A stretch of 63,464 nucleotides of DNA, filler included. It is 6 parts of 6 records of this genome, joined end to end, with 100 filler letters (N's around TTAATTAATTAA, not from the genome) between each part and the next. Parts side by side here need not be neighbours in the genome. Positions count along the whole stretch, not along the records: positions 1 to 11,303 come from SRR31147125_4109; positions 11,404 to 21,326 come from SRR31147125_4122; 4 more parts are not named here. One strand, 5' to 3'. The notes beneath the pieces are model-generated. The model made no database searches, had not been told where the DNA came from, and was given only the letters and a program-made list of their open reading frames with translations. Positions 10,914-21,426 of the stretch are shown here, piece after piece (the stretch's first letter is position 1; each line of letters starts with the position of its first letter). Position numbers and translations under genes: made by a program.

Positions 10914-11303
10914 ATGGTTATGAAAATGAACTTGTTTCAAAAACGTCTTATTTTCTATAGTATTTGTCTTATCACTATCCTGATAATCAGCTGGTCCTTT
11001 GCGTTTAAAAAAACACTGACCGATTATACCAAGTTACAAGAAATAAAGTCTGGTATCAATAAGATAGAATTGGCACAAAATACCTTAGTTCATTTAAAAG
11101 AACAATTAGACGGGATACAATTGACACATCAAAATACAAGTGATTCAAGTAGCGTTAAACTAATATTTAAAAATATTTCAGATTTAAGCGCCCGGTACGA
11201 TGGAGTAAAAATTGTCAGTTTCCCTGAGATTCATAAACATTCTTTCAAGAGGTACGATATCGAAACCTTGAATATTATACTTGAAGGAAACTATTTTAAC
11301 CTG
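10914..11303 (+). CDS. PilO/GspM-like protein, truncated by contig end
   Basis: N-terminal TM, coiled coil and IILEGNYFNL motif; operon position after the PilN-like gene. The ORF-track stop lies in the linker. Confidence 0.55.
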
Positions 11304-11403
11304 NNNNNNNNNNNNNNNNNNNNNNNNNNNNNNNNNNNNNNNNNNNNTTAATTAATTAANNNNNNNNNNNNNNNNNNNNNNNNNNNNNNNNNNNNNNNNN
11401 NNN
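11304..11403. other. Artificial contig spacer
   Basis: 44 N + ttaattaattaa + 44 N. Confidence 0.99.
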
Positions 11404-11455
11404 GGGAAAAGGCATGTGATAATAAATCCCATGCGAGCGAAGCATCCTTGACACA

Positions 11456-11494
11456 TTAAAATTCAATATTCTTGTATTTTTTATTGAATTTTAA
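11456..11494. promoter_or_regulatory. Perfect 13-bp inverted repeat (candidate operator) upstream of the GH109-type gene
   Basis: ttaaaattcaata (11456-11468), 13-nt spacer, tattgaattttaa (11482-11494). The right arm overlaps a possible TTGAAT-N17-TAGTAT promoter. Confidence 0.4.
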
Positions 11495-11713
11495 CGGTTG
11501 ATTATGTAGTATTATAATATTGTTCCCGGAAAGAACATTCGAGAGATAATTTCACCTTTATGAAATAGGGGTATGCATGGAGAAAATATTCTCCTGCAAA
11601 GACCACACCTCTCACTTTTATCATACGGGACAAATAAAACGTCCTGTCTATTTTACAGCATAAAACTCATAATTAGAAAACCAACATACGAACCTTAACA
11701 GGAATCTTTTCAA

Positions 11714-13164
11714 ATGAAAACAGACCGCCGACATTTTCTCAAAATTGCCGGTATTTCCGGCACGGGAATGATATCATCCTGTATGATGTCAAATAATGCT
11801 GCAAAGCACTCTAAAAACTCAGATCCCTTTTTAGATACAAAAAAAGTGGCTGAACAAGAACATAAGCAACATTTTAATATGTGTGGTTATGCCGCTCCAA
11901 AGCTTGATACCGTTCGTATAGGTATTGTCGGTATTGGCAGCAGAGGCCTGGGATCAATAAAACGACTTTTGCTTATTGAAGGTGTGGAAATAAAAGCATT
12001 ATGCGACAAGTATCAGGAGCGTGTTGACCTGGCTCAAAAAAGTCTCAGAGAGGCCGGATTGCCATTAGCCAAAGAGTACGCCGGTAGTGAAGAAATCTGG
12101 AAAGACCTTGTAAACAGAGATGATCTCGACCTGATTTATATCTGCACACCAAGGGGGCTCCATACGAATATCGCGGTTCTGGCCATGGAAACCGGGAAAC
12201 ATGCCGCTACGGAAGTTCCCGCGTTATCTACTCTTGAAGAAGCGTGGCAACTGGTTGAAAAATCAGAGAAAACTCGAAAGCATTGCATGATGCTGGAAAA
12301 CTGTTGCTATGACTTTTTTGAATTACTCATCCTCAATATGGTCAGACAGGGTCTTTTCGGGGAAATAATTCATGCGGATGCAGGGTATATCCATTATCAG
12401 TTGGAGATGAATTTTAAAAACGACCCTCACCCGACATGTGGCGCCTGCGAGAAAGTCAGCACCGAAATGCCAACCTCTATCCGACCCATGGATTAGGCCC
12501 CATATGTCAGGTCATGAATATCAACCGTGGGGATAAAATGGACTATCTGACGTCAACAGCGTCCGACGATTTTCAAATGGGGCAAAAAGCGACCGAGCTT
12601 GCCCAAAAAGATGATTTTTATAAAGAATTTGACACAGACTCGTATCGTGGCAACATGAACACAACTGTCATCAGGACTGAAAAAGGCAGAACCATTATGC
12701 TACAATATGATATTACCAGTCCTCGACCCTACACGCGCATTCAACAGATCAGCGGCACAAAAGGCATGTCCCTTAAATACCCGGAACCTCCACGTATTGC
12801 CCTGGGCCATAAATGGTTTGACGAAGAACAGATGAAAGAAATATGGGAAAAATACACTCCTGAAATTGTGAAACGCGTTGGATTACTCGCGAAAAAGATC
12901 GGTGGACACGGTGGGATGGATTTTTTAATGGACTGGCGTTTGATTGATTGCCTGAGGAATGGCCTACCTGTAGAGCAAGATGTTTATGATGCAGCAGCAT
13001 GGAGCTCAATAATACCATTAAGCGAATGGTCAGTGGCCAATGGATCCAATTCTATTAATATACCTGATTTTACATGTGGTTCCTATAAAACCAACGTACC
13101 ACTTGATATAACCATGTCCAAAGGCGGAAATACCGGCATACGTCCGCTGCCAAATAACGGGTAA
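11714..13164 (+). CDS. Tat-exported Gfo/Idh/MocA oxidoreductase, GH109 (alpha-N-acetylgalactosaminidase-like); frameshifted near 12410-12435
   Basis: ORFs 11714..12496 + 12436..13164 form one gene. Motifs: RRHFLK Tat signal, RIGIVGIGSRG, GKHAATEVP, MMLENCCY, then MWRL...YPTHGLGP, GGHGGMDF, DVYDAAAWS. Confidence 0.85.
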
Positions 13165-13683
13165 CATATTGATCTCAATATGTGCGCCCGCTGCTGACAA
13201 CTAATACAAGCATCTTTATGTGTTCCGGATTTTGCTCCCGATGAATTTGGCTGTTCTCTAATTCATTTTTTTCAACGGGAGCTTTTTTATTCATACCCGC
13301 TCGATGGTTACTTTTGGAAAACAGATTTTCAATTTTTTCCACATTTATTGTCACTTTAATCATTCTTTGACGTTTGATAAACTTTCTTTCGTTCGGCGTT
13401 CAAATTTATACAACTCGTCAAAGTTTTCCAGTATCCCTACGCAGGTTCATTATTATGATAAAGCCCAAAATATACGATAAAAGGTGATATTCTCTGATTT
13501 ATCATTATCTGGCAGCATTGCAGTTTCTGTTAGCAAGTCCAACGGAGGTGCATATGATTTTGGGGGAATAAATCTCAACGCATTTTGAGACTCTGGAATA
13601 TCGACTGTGTTTCTGGATGAAATAATAATAATTTCATGATGTTATTCAATCTTTCATCAAAAGCTCTTTAATAAATTATAAAA

Positions 13684-14750
13684 TTATGTTGTTTCGAGAT
13701 CAGTACAAAGCTCTGAAAACAATTCTTTAACCGTAATTATTTTTTTGATCCGATGAGCATTCTGCCCGCAAAAGATCAGACCATTATCAACATCACCTGC
13801 CCATGAATTTAATAGCGCTTTTGCAATACAATATTTTGCTTTAGCAATATTACAAACAGACAGACATTTGTACTGGCATTTGATGCGCAGCTTTCCGTTG
13901 TTTTCAACTCTTTTAAAAACTCATTTTTTATGGCTCTTCCAGGCATACCAACCGGACTCTTGATGATCTCGATATCATTTTCAGTTGCGTCAAGATAGGC
14001 CCGTTTGAATTCAGGAGAAACATGACATTCATCTGTACAAACAAATCGGGTACCCATTTGCACACCGGACGCGCCGAGTTTCAACATCCGGGCAATGTCC
14101 TTTCCATCAAAAATCCCACCGCCGACAATTATGGGAATTTTTTTTTCATATTTTTCTTCATAACTTTTGACAACGCTTAAAACATCAGGAAGCAGTTTCT
14201 CCAGGGAATAATCGTTGATGTTATCCAATTGTTCATTGGAAAACCCCAGGTGTCCACCTGCCAAAGGACCTTCAAGGATAAATCCATCAACTGTTCTTCC
14301 ATAGCGCTTATCCCAACTGCGCAGTATCAGACTGGCTGCCCTGCCGGAACTGATAATAGGAACAAGGTTTACTGATTCATCCTCTACTATTTCCGGTAGT
14401 CTAAGAGGCAGGCCAGCACCAACAACGATCATCTTTATTCCTTCTTTAACAGCCGTTTTAATCAGATCCCTAGCATTGCTTAGCGCTTCCATCACGTTTA
14501 CTGCGAGTGTACCATTGGTTAATTTTTTAGCCTTTCTAATTTCACGAATGAGCGCTTCCCTGGAAAATTTTTCGTACTCACTTTTTGTTGCATTTATATC
14601 ACCAAGTGCAATACTGGAAATGGTTCCGATCCCGCCTTCATTCGCCACCGCAGCTGCCAAAGAAGAAAGGGAAACGCGCACACCCATTCCTCCCTGTACA
14701 ATGGGAACTTTAGACATGATATTGCCAATTTGAAGTTTTGGAATGTTCAT
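13684..14750 (-). CDS. Nitronate monooxygenase / FabK-like flavoprotein; 1-nt frameshift at about 13901-13904
   Basis: PIVQGGMGV, EGPLAGGHLG, GASGVQMGTRF, SPVGMPGRAI. The shifted frame restores the Cys-containing C-terminus KCQYKCLSVC...YCIAKAL...GLIFCGQNA, ending at TAA 13684. Confidence 0.85.
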
Positions 14751-15528
14751 ATTTTTTAACTCTCAATTCTGTTTTTAAAATTTCACTCTCTTTTTAAATC
14801 ACAATTAATTACTCTATGAATAGATTGGCTTTATTAAACTTTGATTTCAATAAATATTAATCGCACTAAAACCTCATAAAAATAATAATGAACATTAATG
14901 ACTGGATTTGAAAGTTTTGACAAAGCTAAATAAATATAACTAATTGAATAACAAAGTAATGTAAAAGTTATGTAAAACCTGATCGACGGCACTAGTGAAA
15001 AAATAATTTTTTCTTAAACAACCTGACCTAACATTTTTGAGACAAATTTAGCAGGTTTATATGAAGATTAAATATCTACCTTTTTGCGTTATAATTCACA
15101 TAAAAAACAATACCTTAAACCATGGCGCACAAGAGATATTGAAACATGTTTTATGCAACCTATACAATAAAAAATGTTATGCTTTTGGGGTATAAGGAAC
15201 CCTATAAAAATCGATTCTTACAACTCGAAATGAGATGCGATGGTGCATATTCAGAAAATCAAACGGAAAAAGTGTACCACTCATCGGGACTATTATTCTG
15301 TCGATGGGAAGCAACGTGATAGGTACTTTCGTGCCTAGGTTCTATATTCTCAAGTAAATAAATTTGCCTAATTCCTCGCTGAGGATAATGACTTCAACTT
15401 CCTCTTCCTGCGCATAGAGCCGAGCCTTAAAGATAATGCAGAGTTAATAACGTGCTATGCGATCACAAGATGAATAATAAGCGGTTGATACATTTTGGAA
15501 ATATCAATAAAGGAGTGAAAGTTTCATG

Positions 15529-16040
15529 TCAAAATGAAAAGACCATTGAAACCGAAATAACATGAATGTTTTCGTTTGTAAAATTAGGACTATCACTTTT
15601 ATTAAATTTTATATGTGCTCTATACTCCAATTTAATAGCAGGTTTGCTCTTCATTCGTATGCCCGTGCCCAGATTTACCATGGGGGTAGTTTCCCCGGCA
15701 TCATGACAAGAATGCGAACCGATCCCGGCAATAGCAAGAAAGTCAATATTATTGTTTAGAGCAAAGTTATAAGCGCAATTAGCCTGTCCAATGGTGTCAC
15801 AAAAAAGCAGTAAATCCAGGTTTCCCATTAATTCAATGTGTTTGGTTAAAAACAGTCCTGCTTCCATACCTATCCAACCATCTGCCCAACCTTCACCCCA
15901 CGTAGGAAAAGATAATGAGGCACGCATTCCAAGTTCAATCCGTTTTCTCCTTCCTGGGCATAAAGATAATTAAAAGGAAGAAAAAAGAAAACGATGAACA
16001 GTAGCACAGGTAAAAAAAGCTTTTTAAATCGAGAGGACAA
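15529..16040 (-). CDS. Small outer-membrane beta-barrel protein; 1-nt frameshift at about 15943-15946
   Basis: RBS aagaggt, then TTG 16040 gives signal peptide (M)SSRFKKLFLPVLLFIVFFFLPFNYLYAQE. Adding one A to gaaaacgg joins it to ORF 15529..15927. Alternating strands and a terminal Phe (VSMVFSF). Confidence 0.55.
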
Positions 16041-16384
16041 AATATTACCTCTTACATTCAGTTATTTGTCAGAACCAGGTGAGGAAAAGTCTACAGTAAT
16101 TGAAATTTAAAATGTCTGGTTTAAACGATGGCTCAATTTGAGTGTAGCTATACCGACGTTGGCTCAGTTGAGGATTACCGCTTCAGAAACACCCCGGGGA
16201 ATAATGTATTTATACAAATTGTCTGTGGCTTAATTGTTGAACCATTTATTATAAATAATAATGATATTCTGCCAATTGCAATGAAAATCGGCAGATTGCT
16301 GAGTTTATGCAGACATAACAAAGCCCCAAATTGATTCGCAGGCTATGAAGGCTTCATGGTTAAGAAAAATTGTAACGTCGTCGC

Positions 16385-17263
16385 TCACCTCATTTGCAAG
16401 AGCTTCCTCGTCTCCGTATAGCCCTCTGCTGTCATGCGGTACAGGTAGACACCGGACGAAATTTTAGTTCCACTATCATCCAGACCGTTCCAGGTGACTT
16501 GGTGGTTACCAGCATGTTTATTTTCAGCGATTAAGGAGCGGACCTTGCGGCCGAGCAAATCGATTATTATCAATTCAACATGGGCATTTTTCGGAAGTGC
16601 ATACTCGATTGTAGTGATCGGATTAAAGGGATTGGGAAAGTTCTGAAAGAGTTTGAAATCCTTTATCCGCACATCACCAGCGTCATCTACGGGGACGGGT
16701 ATTTGTTCAGTTCTTTTTTCTTCCACAAGATCAAAATAAGAATAATGGCCAAGGATATCTGGTCCTGAGGTCATTCCCGAGTCAAGGACAATTGCTACAC
16801 TATCACCTTCCTCAAGGAACATCGTGTCGACAACTGTTAGTTGAGTCCATTCGTTGGAAGTCGTTGTATCTACGGAAAGAATCGTTGTCCTGTCTGCATG
16901 GAAGACCTTTAAATAGACGCTCGTTTGCGATGGCTTTTGTTCAGCTTGCCTAGCCCAAACACTGACTTGCACGATGTCACCGTATCTCAATTCTGCAAGT
17001 ATCTGTTCGGCAGTTCTTGGGAAACAACTTTGGAGATTTCCTGTTGGAAATCTCAAGCACCACATACCTCCACCACCTGGTGCATCCTGAAAAGATTCAC
17101 CATCATTGCAACCGATGATCCAGTTCTCCAGCGAAGGTTGCTCATCAATTTCAAAACTTCCATTGAGCACTTGTGACAGACAAACTGATGGTATCAAAAA
17201 CAAAAAAAGCAAAAAAAACCAGGTGCCGATCACTGATTTTTGCAGAGATTTAATGTAATACAT
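16385..17263 (-). CDS. Secreted protein with CBM-like N-domain and T9SS type A / FlgD-Ig C-terminal sorting domain
   Basis: Signal peptide; VLNGSFE motif; C-terminal FKLFQNFPNPFNPITTIEY...WNGLDDSG...SSGVYLY...KLLQMR; RBS aaggagg. Confidence 0.8.
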   Translation of the reverse strand: MYYIKSLQKSVIGTWFFLLFLFLIPSVCLSQVLNGSFEIDEQPSLENWIIGCNDGESFQDAPGGGGMWCLRFPTGNLQSCFPRTAEQILAELRYGDIVQVSVWARQAEQKPSQTSVYLKVFHADRTTILSVDTTTSNEWTQLTVVDTMFLEEGDSVAIVLDSGMTSGPDILGHYSYFDLVEEKRTEQIPVPVDDAGDVRIKDFKLFQNFPNPFNPITTIEYALPKNAHVELIIIDLLGRKVRSLIAENKHAGNHQVTWNGLDDSGTKISSGVYLYRMTAEGYTETRKLLQMR

Positions 17264-17474
17264 TCTCTACCTCCTTTGCTTAAATTCCCATGATCCGTAC
17301 TATCTGGCTAACGAACTGAGGCATGGGATAGTTTCCAAGAGGTCAACAAATTGAACTTCACCCTTCAAAGAACATTGAATAAGCAGATCGTTGAAAAGAC
17401 GTTCATCAGATGCAATCGGGAAATTTCACCATGACAAAAAGCGGCCCAAGGAAAATCGCAAGATTCCCATGCAA

Positions 17475-17508
17475 TAAAAGAACCGCCGGATTCCTCACCC
17501 GGCGGCTC
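17475..17508 (-). terminator. Rho-independent terminator of the 810-aa gene
   Basis: Minus strand gagccgccgg-gtgaggaat-ccggcggttc followed by tttt, about 20 nt after the stop at 17529. Confidence 0.75.
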
Positions 17509-17528
17509 ATTAATGCAAATTGCTTTCG

Positions 17529-19961
17529 CTATCGCACCAGATTCATCTTCATCACCTGAATAAACGTGCCAGCCTGCAACTCATAGAAATAGATACCAGA
17601 CGAAACCGCATTCCCCAGATTGTCCATACTATCCCAGCTAACACTGTGATGACCAGCTTCGTATTGCTTGTTTGTCAGCATGCGAATCTCTTGACCCAGA
17701 TTATTAAAGATTCTCACAGTTACGTGAGTTGCTTCAGGAAGCTGAAAGCCAATCTCGGTCTCGGGATTGAAGGGATTGGGATGGTTTTGTAAAAGTGCGT
17801 AGCTGTCTGGCACAAGCACTCCTTCTGCCGCTAACCTGTCAAGACTAGGTTTAGCGTCGTCACCTGCCTTGAGGCTGATTTGGGCAATCTTGGTCGCCCA
17901 TCCGGCCAACTCACCAAGTCTGGTATTGGGCTTGGCGTATTCCTGCGTGTACCAAAACGTGTCATCGACCGGATCCACCGCCATGGCGCTGTAATCACCC
18001 CAGCGTGCTCCTGTGCCGAGTTGTACATGCTGATCGTCGTTGCCATCGTGAACCAGCAGTTCGCCTATGTTCATGTGGCTCGACTCGCCACGCCGACCGA
18101 CCACCCCAATGCTCGGATAAGTGGTGCTACTCGAGATACTATACCCCAGGCAGGTTTCACCCTTAAGGTTCATCGCAATACTGCCCATCCAGCGGTGGTC
18201 GTCATCGGGCGAAAAAGTATTCTCCTTGAATAACTTCCATCCTCTATCCTGGTGATTACGGAACTCATACCAGCGCTTTCCTGCTTTACCATTGCCGTCG
18301 GCATCAATCGTATTAGTAACCACAGCCCGTTTATCTTTACCAAAGTCACGCAGTTGCAGGCGGTGCATCAAGCGGTCAGTGATGGCTTCCAGACGCGGGG
18401 CTCCCTCAGGTTGGTCGATGCAGCGTTCACGGATGGCGTCGCAGAGATCGATATCAAAAGGCGAAACAGGAATTCTTGCCACTTCGCTGATGGTGGAATT
18501 CGTGGGGCTAGCAAAATCCGGGTGAATCTCCCAGAAGTCAATCCTATTGCCTGATGCACCGTTGTTGGTGGCAAACGTTGGCGGCATATTGTCAAAAACC
18601 GGGCCGTCGTTATCGCCAGCAACGAAACCGAACTCATTCGTGCCAAGTTTAAAGAACGCCATCGTCGTTTGTTGATCGCTAAATGCCTCAGCTTTGTCTA
18701 TGGCGCCCAGCCCTGCGCCTTGGAAAGGTTGGAACAGGTGAACCATCACGCCAATAGCATCGGTGACGAAGCCGTACTTCGGATAGTCCGGAAGTCCGAT
18801 GTCGGTGAAGTCGAACTCATGTTGAAAGTAAGCGCCCGTCGGATCACCGGTCTCCGAGCAGGCGACGCACAGGGACCAAGACAAATTTGTAAAATCGAGG
18901 GCAAATTGGCTAACCAGCCATCGATCCGTCTCCTCGTCGTAGAGTACGATGACATCACCGCTATTGGTGTTCTCGCACCGCCCACCCAGGCCGGCCCAGA
19001 AGACGTTGCCGGGAAACGGGCCGAGGACTTCGTTGCCGCTCTTATCAAAGATGGTCGTCACCAGGTTAGTCATCTGCACGTAGTGATTGAGGCCGACGTC
19101 GCCATCGGTATCGGGCGGATACAATAGGTAGCCTACAAGGGCGTCGTTATCATCGTTTTCAGCACCTTCAAAAATCTGCAAGAGTTTGGCCTGCGAGCTA
19201 ACTTTGGAGGATTGGATGTCAGCAGGGCTCAATGACTCGAGTAGATTCATCTTCTTCATCAAACGATCCAACCTGGCCCCGTTGTGACCCATAGCATCCG
19301 CCTTGGCCTCATCCCTCATAAACATCGGCATCTCTTTTACAATATTGGATTTGGAAATAGCCGCAGCGCGTTTTGCGAGTGCAGCAGCAGTTACGAGACT
19401 ACTAATTGGAGGTGAGACACCGTCGGCAACTGATTCGAGAACAATCAACTCCGGTTCCGGTGGTAAATCTACACCGACGACCAAATTACCGCCACCGACG
19501 CCATCGAGGAATTCTCCAAATTTAATATAATAAGTCTCCCCACCTGTTGCCTCGAAAATCAGGTCATCGGTGAGACCAATGTCCACACATGCGACTTCAG
19601 TGAGAGCACCACAACTACCTATGAAGATGCCGTGTGCCGTGTCCAAAGGATTGCCACCGGGCTCTGTGCTGCCATCAGTACTAATATTAACCGTAATATC
19701 GTTTGAAGGTGTCCAAACATACCAGACAGTATTTCCGTCAGTTTGAGCACCACTCCCGTTACAGCCCAATGAGGGGTCTGCAGGATTACTTGTCGCGGTT
19801 GTTGTGTTCACTTCGTCTGTAAAGGGTATGAACGGAATGACGGTGGCATTAACACATTCATCGTTAGCGGGCTGTCCGTATACCGGCAAGGAGAAAAGCA
19901 GAATTGCCAGCAACGTCCCGCACGCTTTAACGAATTGGGATTGAATTTTGATTTGGTTCAT
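17529..19961 (-). CDS. Secreted protein: PANDxC domain, uncharacterised propeller-like domain, and T9SS type A / FlgD-type CTD
   Basis: Signal peptide; QPANDECVNA; PPDTDGDVGLNHYVQMTN; HRWMGSIAM; RWGDYSAMAVDPVDDTFWYTQEY; LLQNHPNPFNPETEIGF...SSGIYFY. Confidence 0.8.
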   Translation of the reverse strand: MNQIKIQSQFVKACGTLLAILLFSLPVYGQPANDECVNATVIPFIPFTDEVNTTTATSNPADPSLGCNGSGAQTDGNTVWYVWTPSNDITVNISTDGSTEPGGNPLDTAHGIFIGSCGALTEVACVDIGLTDDLIFEATGGETYYIKFGEFLDGVGGGNLVVGVDLPPEPELIVLESVADGVSPPISSLVTAAALAKRAAAISKSNIVKEMPMFMRDEAKADAMGHNGARLDRLMKKMNLLESLSPADIQSSKVSSQAKLLQIFEGAENDDNDALVGYLLYPPDTDGDVGLNHYVQMTNLVTTIFDKSGNEVLGPFPGNVFWAGLGGRCENTNSGDVIVLYDEETDRWLVSQFALDFTNLSWSLCVACSETGDPTGAYFQHEFDFTDIGLPDYPKYGFVTDAIGVMVHLFQPFQGAGLGAIDKAEAFSDQQTTMAFFKLGTNEFGFVAGDNDGPVFDNMPPTFATNNGASGNRIDFWEIHPDFASPTNSTISEVARIPVSPFDIDLCDAIRERCIDQPEGAPRLEAITDRLMHRLQLRDFGKDKRAVVTNTIDADGNGKAGKRWYEFRNHQDRGWKLFKENTFSPDDDHRWMGSIAMNLKGETCLGYSISSSTTYPSIGVVGRRGESSHMNIGELLVHDGNDDQHVQLGTGARWGDYSAMAVDPVDDTFWYTQEYAKPNTRLGELAGWATKIAQISLKAGDDAKPSLDRLAAEGVLVPDSYALLQNHPNPFNPETEIGFQLPEATHVTVRIFNNLGQEIRMLTNKQYEAGHHSVSWDSMDNLGNAVSSGIYFYELQAGTFIQVMKMNLVR

Positions 19962-19985
19962 TATGTGCTCCTTTTTTAATGATGT

Positions 19986-20045
19986 TTAGTTATCTGTGAA
20001 TAGTGGATAGGCTGACACCCTCGGTGCGACAATTATATACTGCAT
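19986..20045 (-). CDS. Putative 19-aa leader peptide (uORF) MQYIIVAPRVSAYPLFTDN
   Basis: Strong RBS aaggagg 8 nt before ATG 20045; TAA at 19986-19988, 24 nt before the downstream ATG; lies inside a long hairpin. Confidence 0.35.
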   Translation of the reverse strand: MQYIIVAPRVSAYPLFTDN

Positions 20046-21326
20046 GTATCTCGCCTCCTTACACCTGGGTGGCAGGCTATCCTTCACAAAAAAAATTTCA
20101 AAAGTAAACAATCAAAATGTCGTCCGGAGCAGGTTACCCTATCAGTTTTACAGCCTTTCGGCAGAAAAATTTATTTTTTCAACACCCCCTTTCAACACAG
20201 GATACATAAATAAAATCCCTGTTATGATATAATGAAAATATAACACCACCGAAAAAATCTATAATTCTACATATTTTTGAGCAAATCACGTCGTTCACAA
20301 TAAGAGAAATTAAATGCCTCAAATAGACAATAAAAGATAGATTTGCCGAAGGTAGAATTATTACACAGCAAGTATTAAATTCCTCACCTCCTCACACCTG
20401 CATTTTAAGTTTGATATAATACTTGAGAAATGATGGAAATAAGAACTGAAGGAATATCTTCATTCCGTCTTCAGAAAGGGAAATTTGTCATTTTGGGAGG
20501 GAATTTTGGCTGAAATTTCTGACCCAGATTCTAAAGTATTTTAATAAATAGCATTTCAATAAAAAAGAACAAGCTTTTTGAAAACTCATTGTCTCCTGGG
20601 CTGGAGATAGGTTTGTTGTAAGATTGGATTCTGTATCTGTTCAAGATAAATTTCCAAAAACTAAATCATATGATCACAAAATGCAACATTTTTATTTAGG
20701 TAGCTGTAATCAATCCACGTATACTCCTAAGCCCAATGGTGATTTTTTTGCTCAAAGATAAAGATTAATTCCCGAACTCGTCGCCGAACTACAATAAGGA
20801 ACTAAATCACACCGCCAAGTCCAGAAGTTATTATATCATGTGATTCATCAAAAATGACTTCTTTTTGCACGAACTACTGCTTTAGAGTAGCTAACAATTA
20901 GGATTATCTCCATAGTTGAGCACTAAAGATATTACCGACGCATAGCAGGAAATCTACATACAAATAGTATCAAGGCCTGACTGTGTCAAGCATAATTGCA
21001 GATTTTGGCAAGAAACCCGACCTCACCACCCAACACATCCATCCCCTGTCTCATGACAAAATGAAAAAGAAAATTATAAAATTTTTAATGCATATATAAC
21101 TACTTGGGATCAAAAGTAAGATTTTCAATTGTACTCGTAAAAGAAAATAGCTGTGGAGGATTTCAGACATCACATCTGTGGGTAGAATAAATGGTTTTGG
21201 ATTTGGAGAACACAATTCATTTTCTGCGGCAAGGAATCACTTAAGCTGTATGGAAGCTAGATCGATAAGAAATATTTTAAATTCGCATATTTCTTTAGTT
21301 AATATAATTAACAGTAATAGATTTTT

Positions 21327-21426
21327 NNNNNNNNNNNNNNNNNNNNNNNNNNNNNNNNNNNNNNNNNNNNTTAATTAATTAANNNNNNNNNNNNNNNNNN
21401 NNNNNNNNNNNNNNNNNNNNNNNNNN
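21327..21426. other. Artificial contig spacer
   Basis: 44 N + ttaattaattaa + 44 N. Confidence 0.99.

Noticed and set aside
13175-13640. Protein-like fragments between the GH109 and nitronate monooxygenase genes
   Set aside because: Short, interrupted frames with no recognisable motif; cannot be supported as a gene.
15300-15528. Possible decayed exported-protein gene (LYAQEEEVEV...) after the small beta-barrel
   Set aside because: Multiple stops and no identifiable family; too weak to call.
17300-17330. Integron attC-like GTTAGCC before the 16385..17263 gene
   Set aside because: No matching inverse core, no repeated sites and no integrase.
17520-19530. Many overlapping ORFs in the GC-rich gene (e.g. 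17880..18233, 18669..19127)
   Set aside because: Antisense or alternate-frame shadows of the 810-aa CDS. The same applies to short ORFs such as 50..397, 8702..9097, 37904..38353 and 59155..59538.
20120-20165. Hammerhead ribozyme or c-di-GMP riboswitch upstream of the 810-aa gene
   Set aside because: CTGATAG does not match the CUGAnGA core, and GEMM consensus elements are absent.
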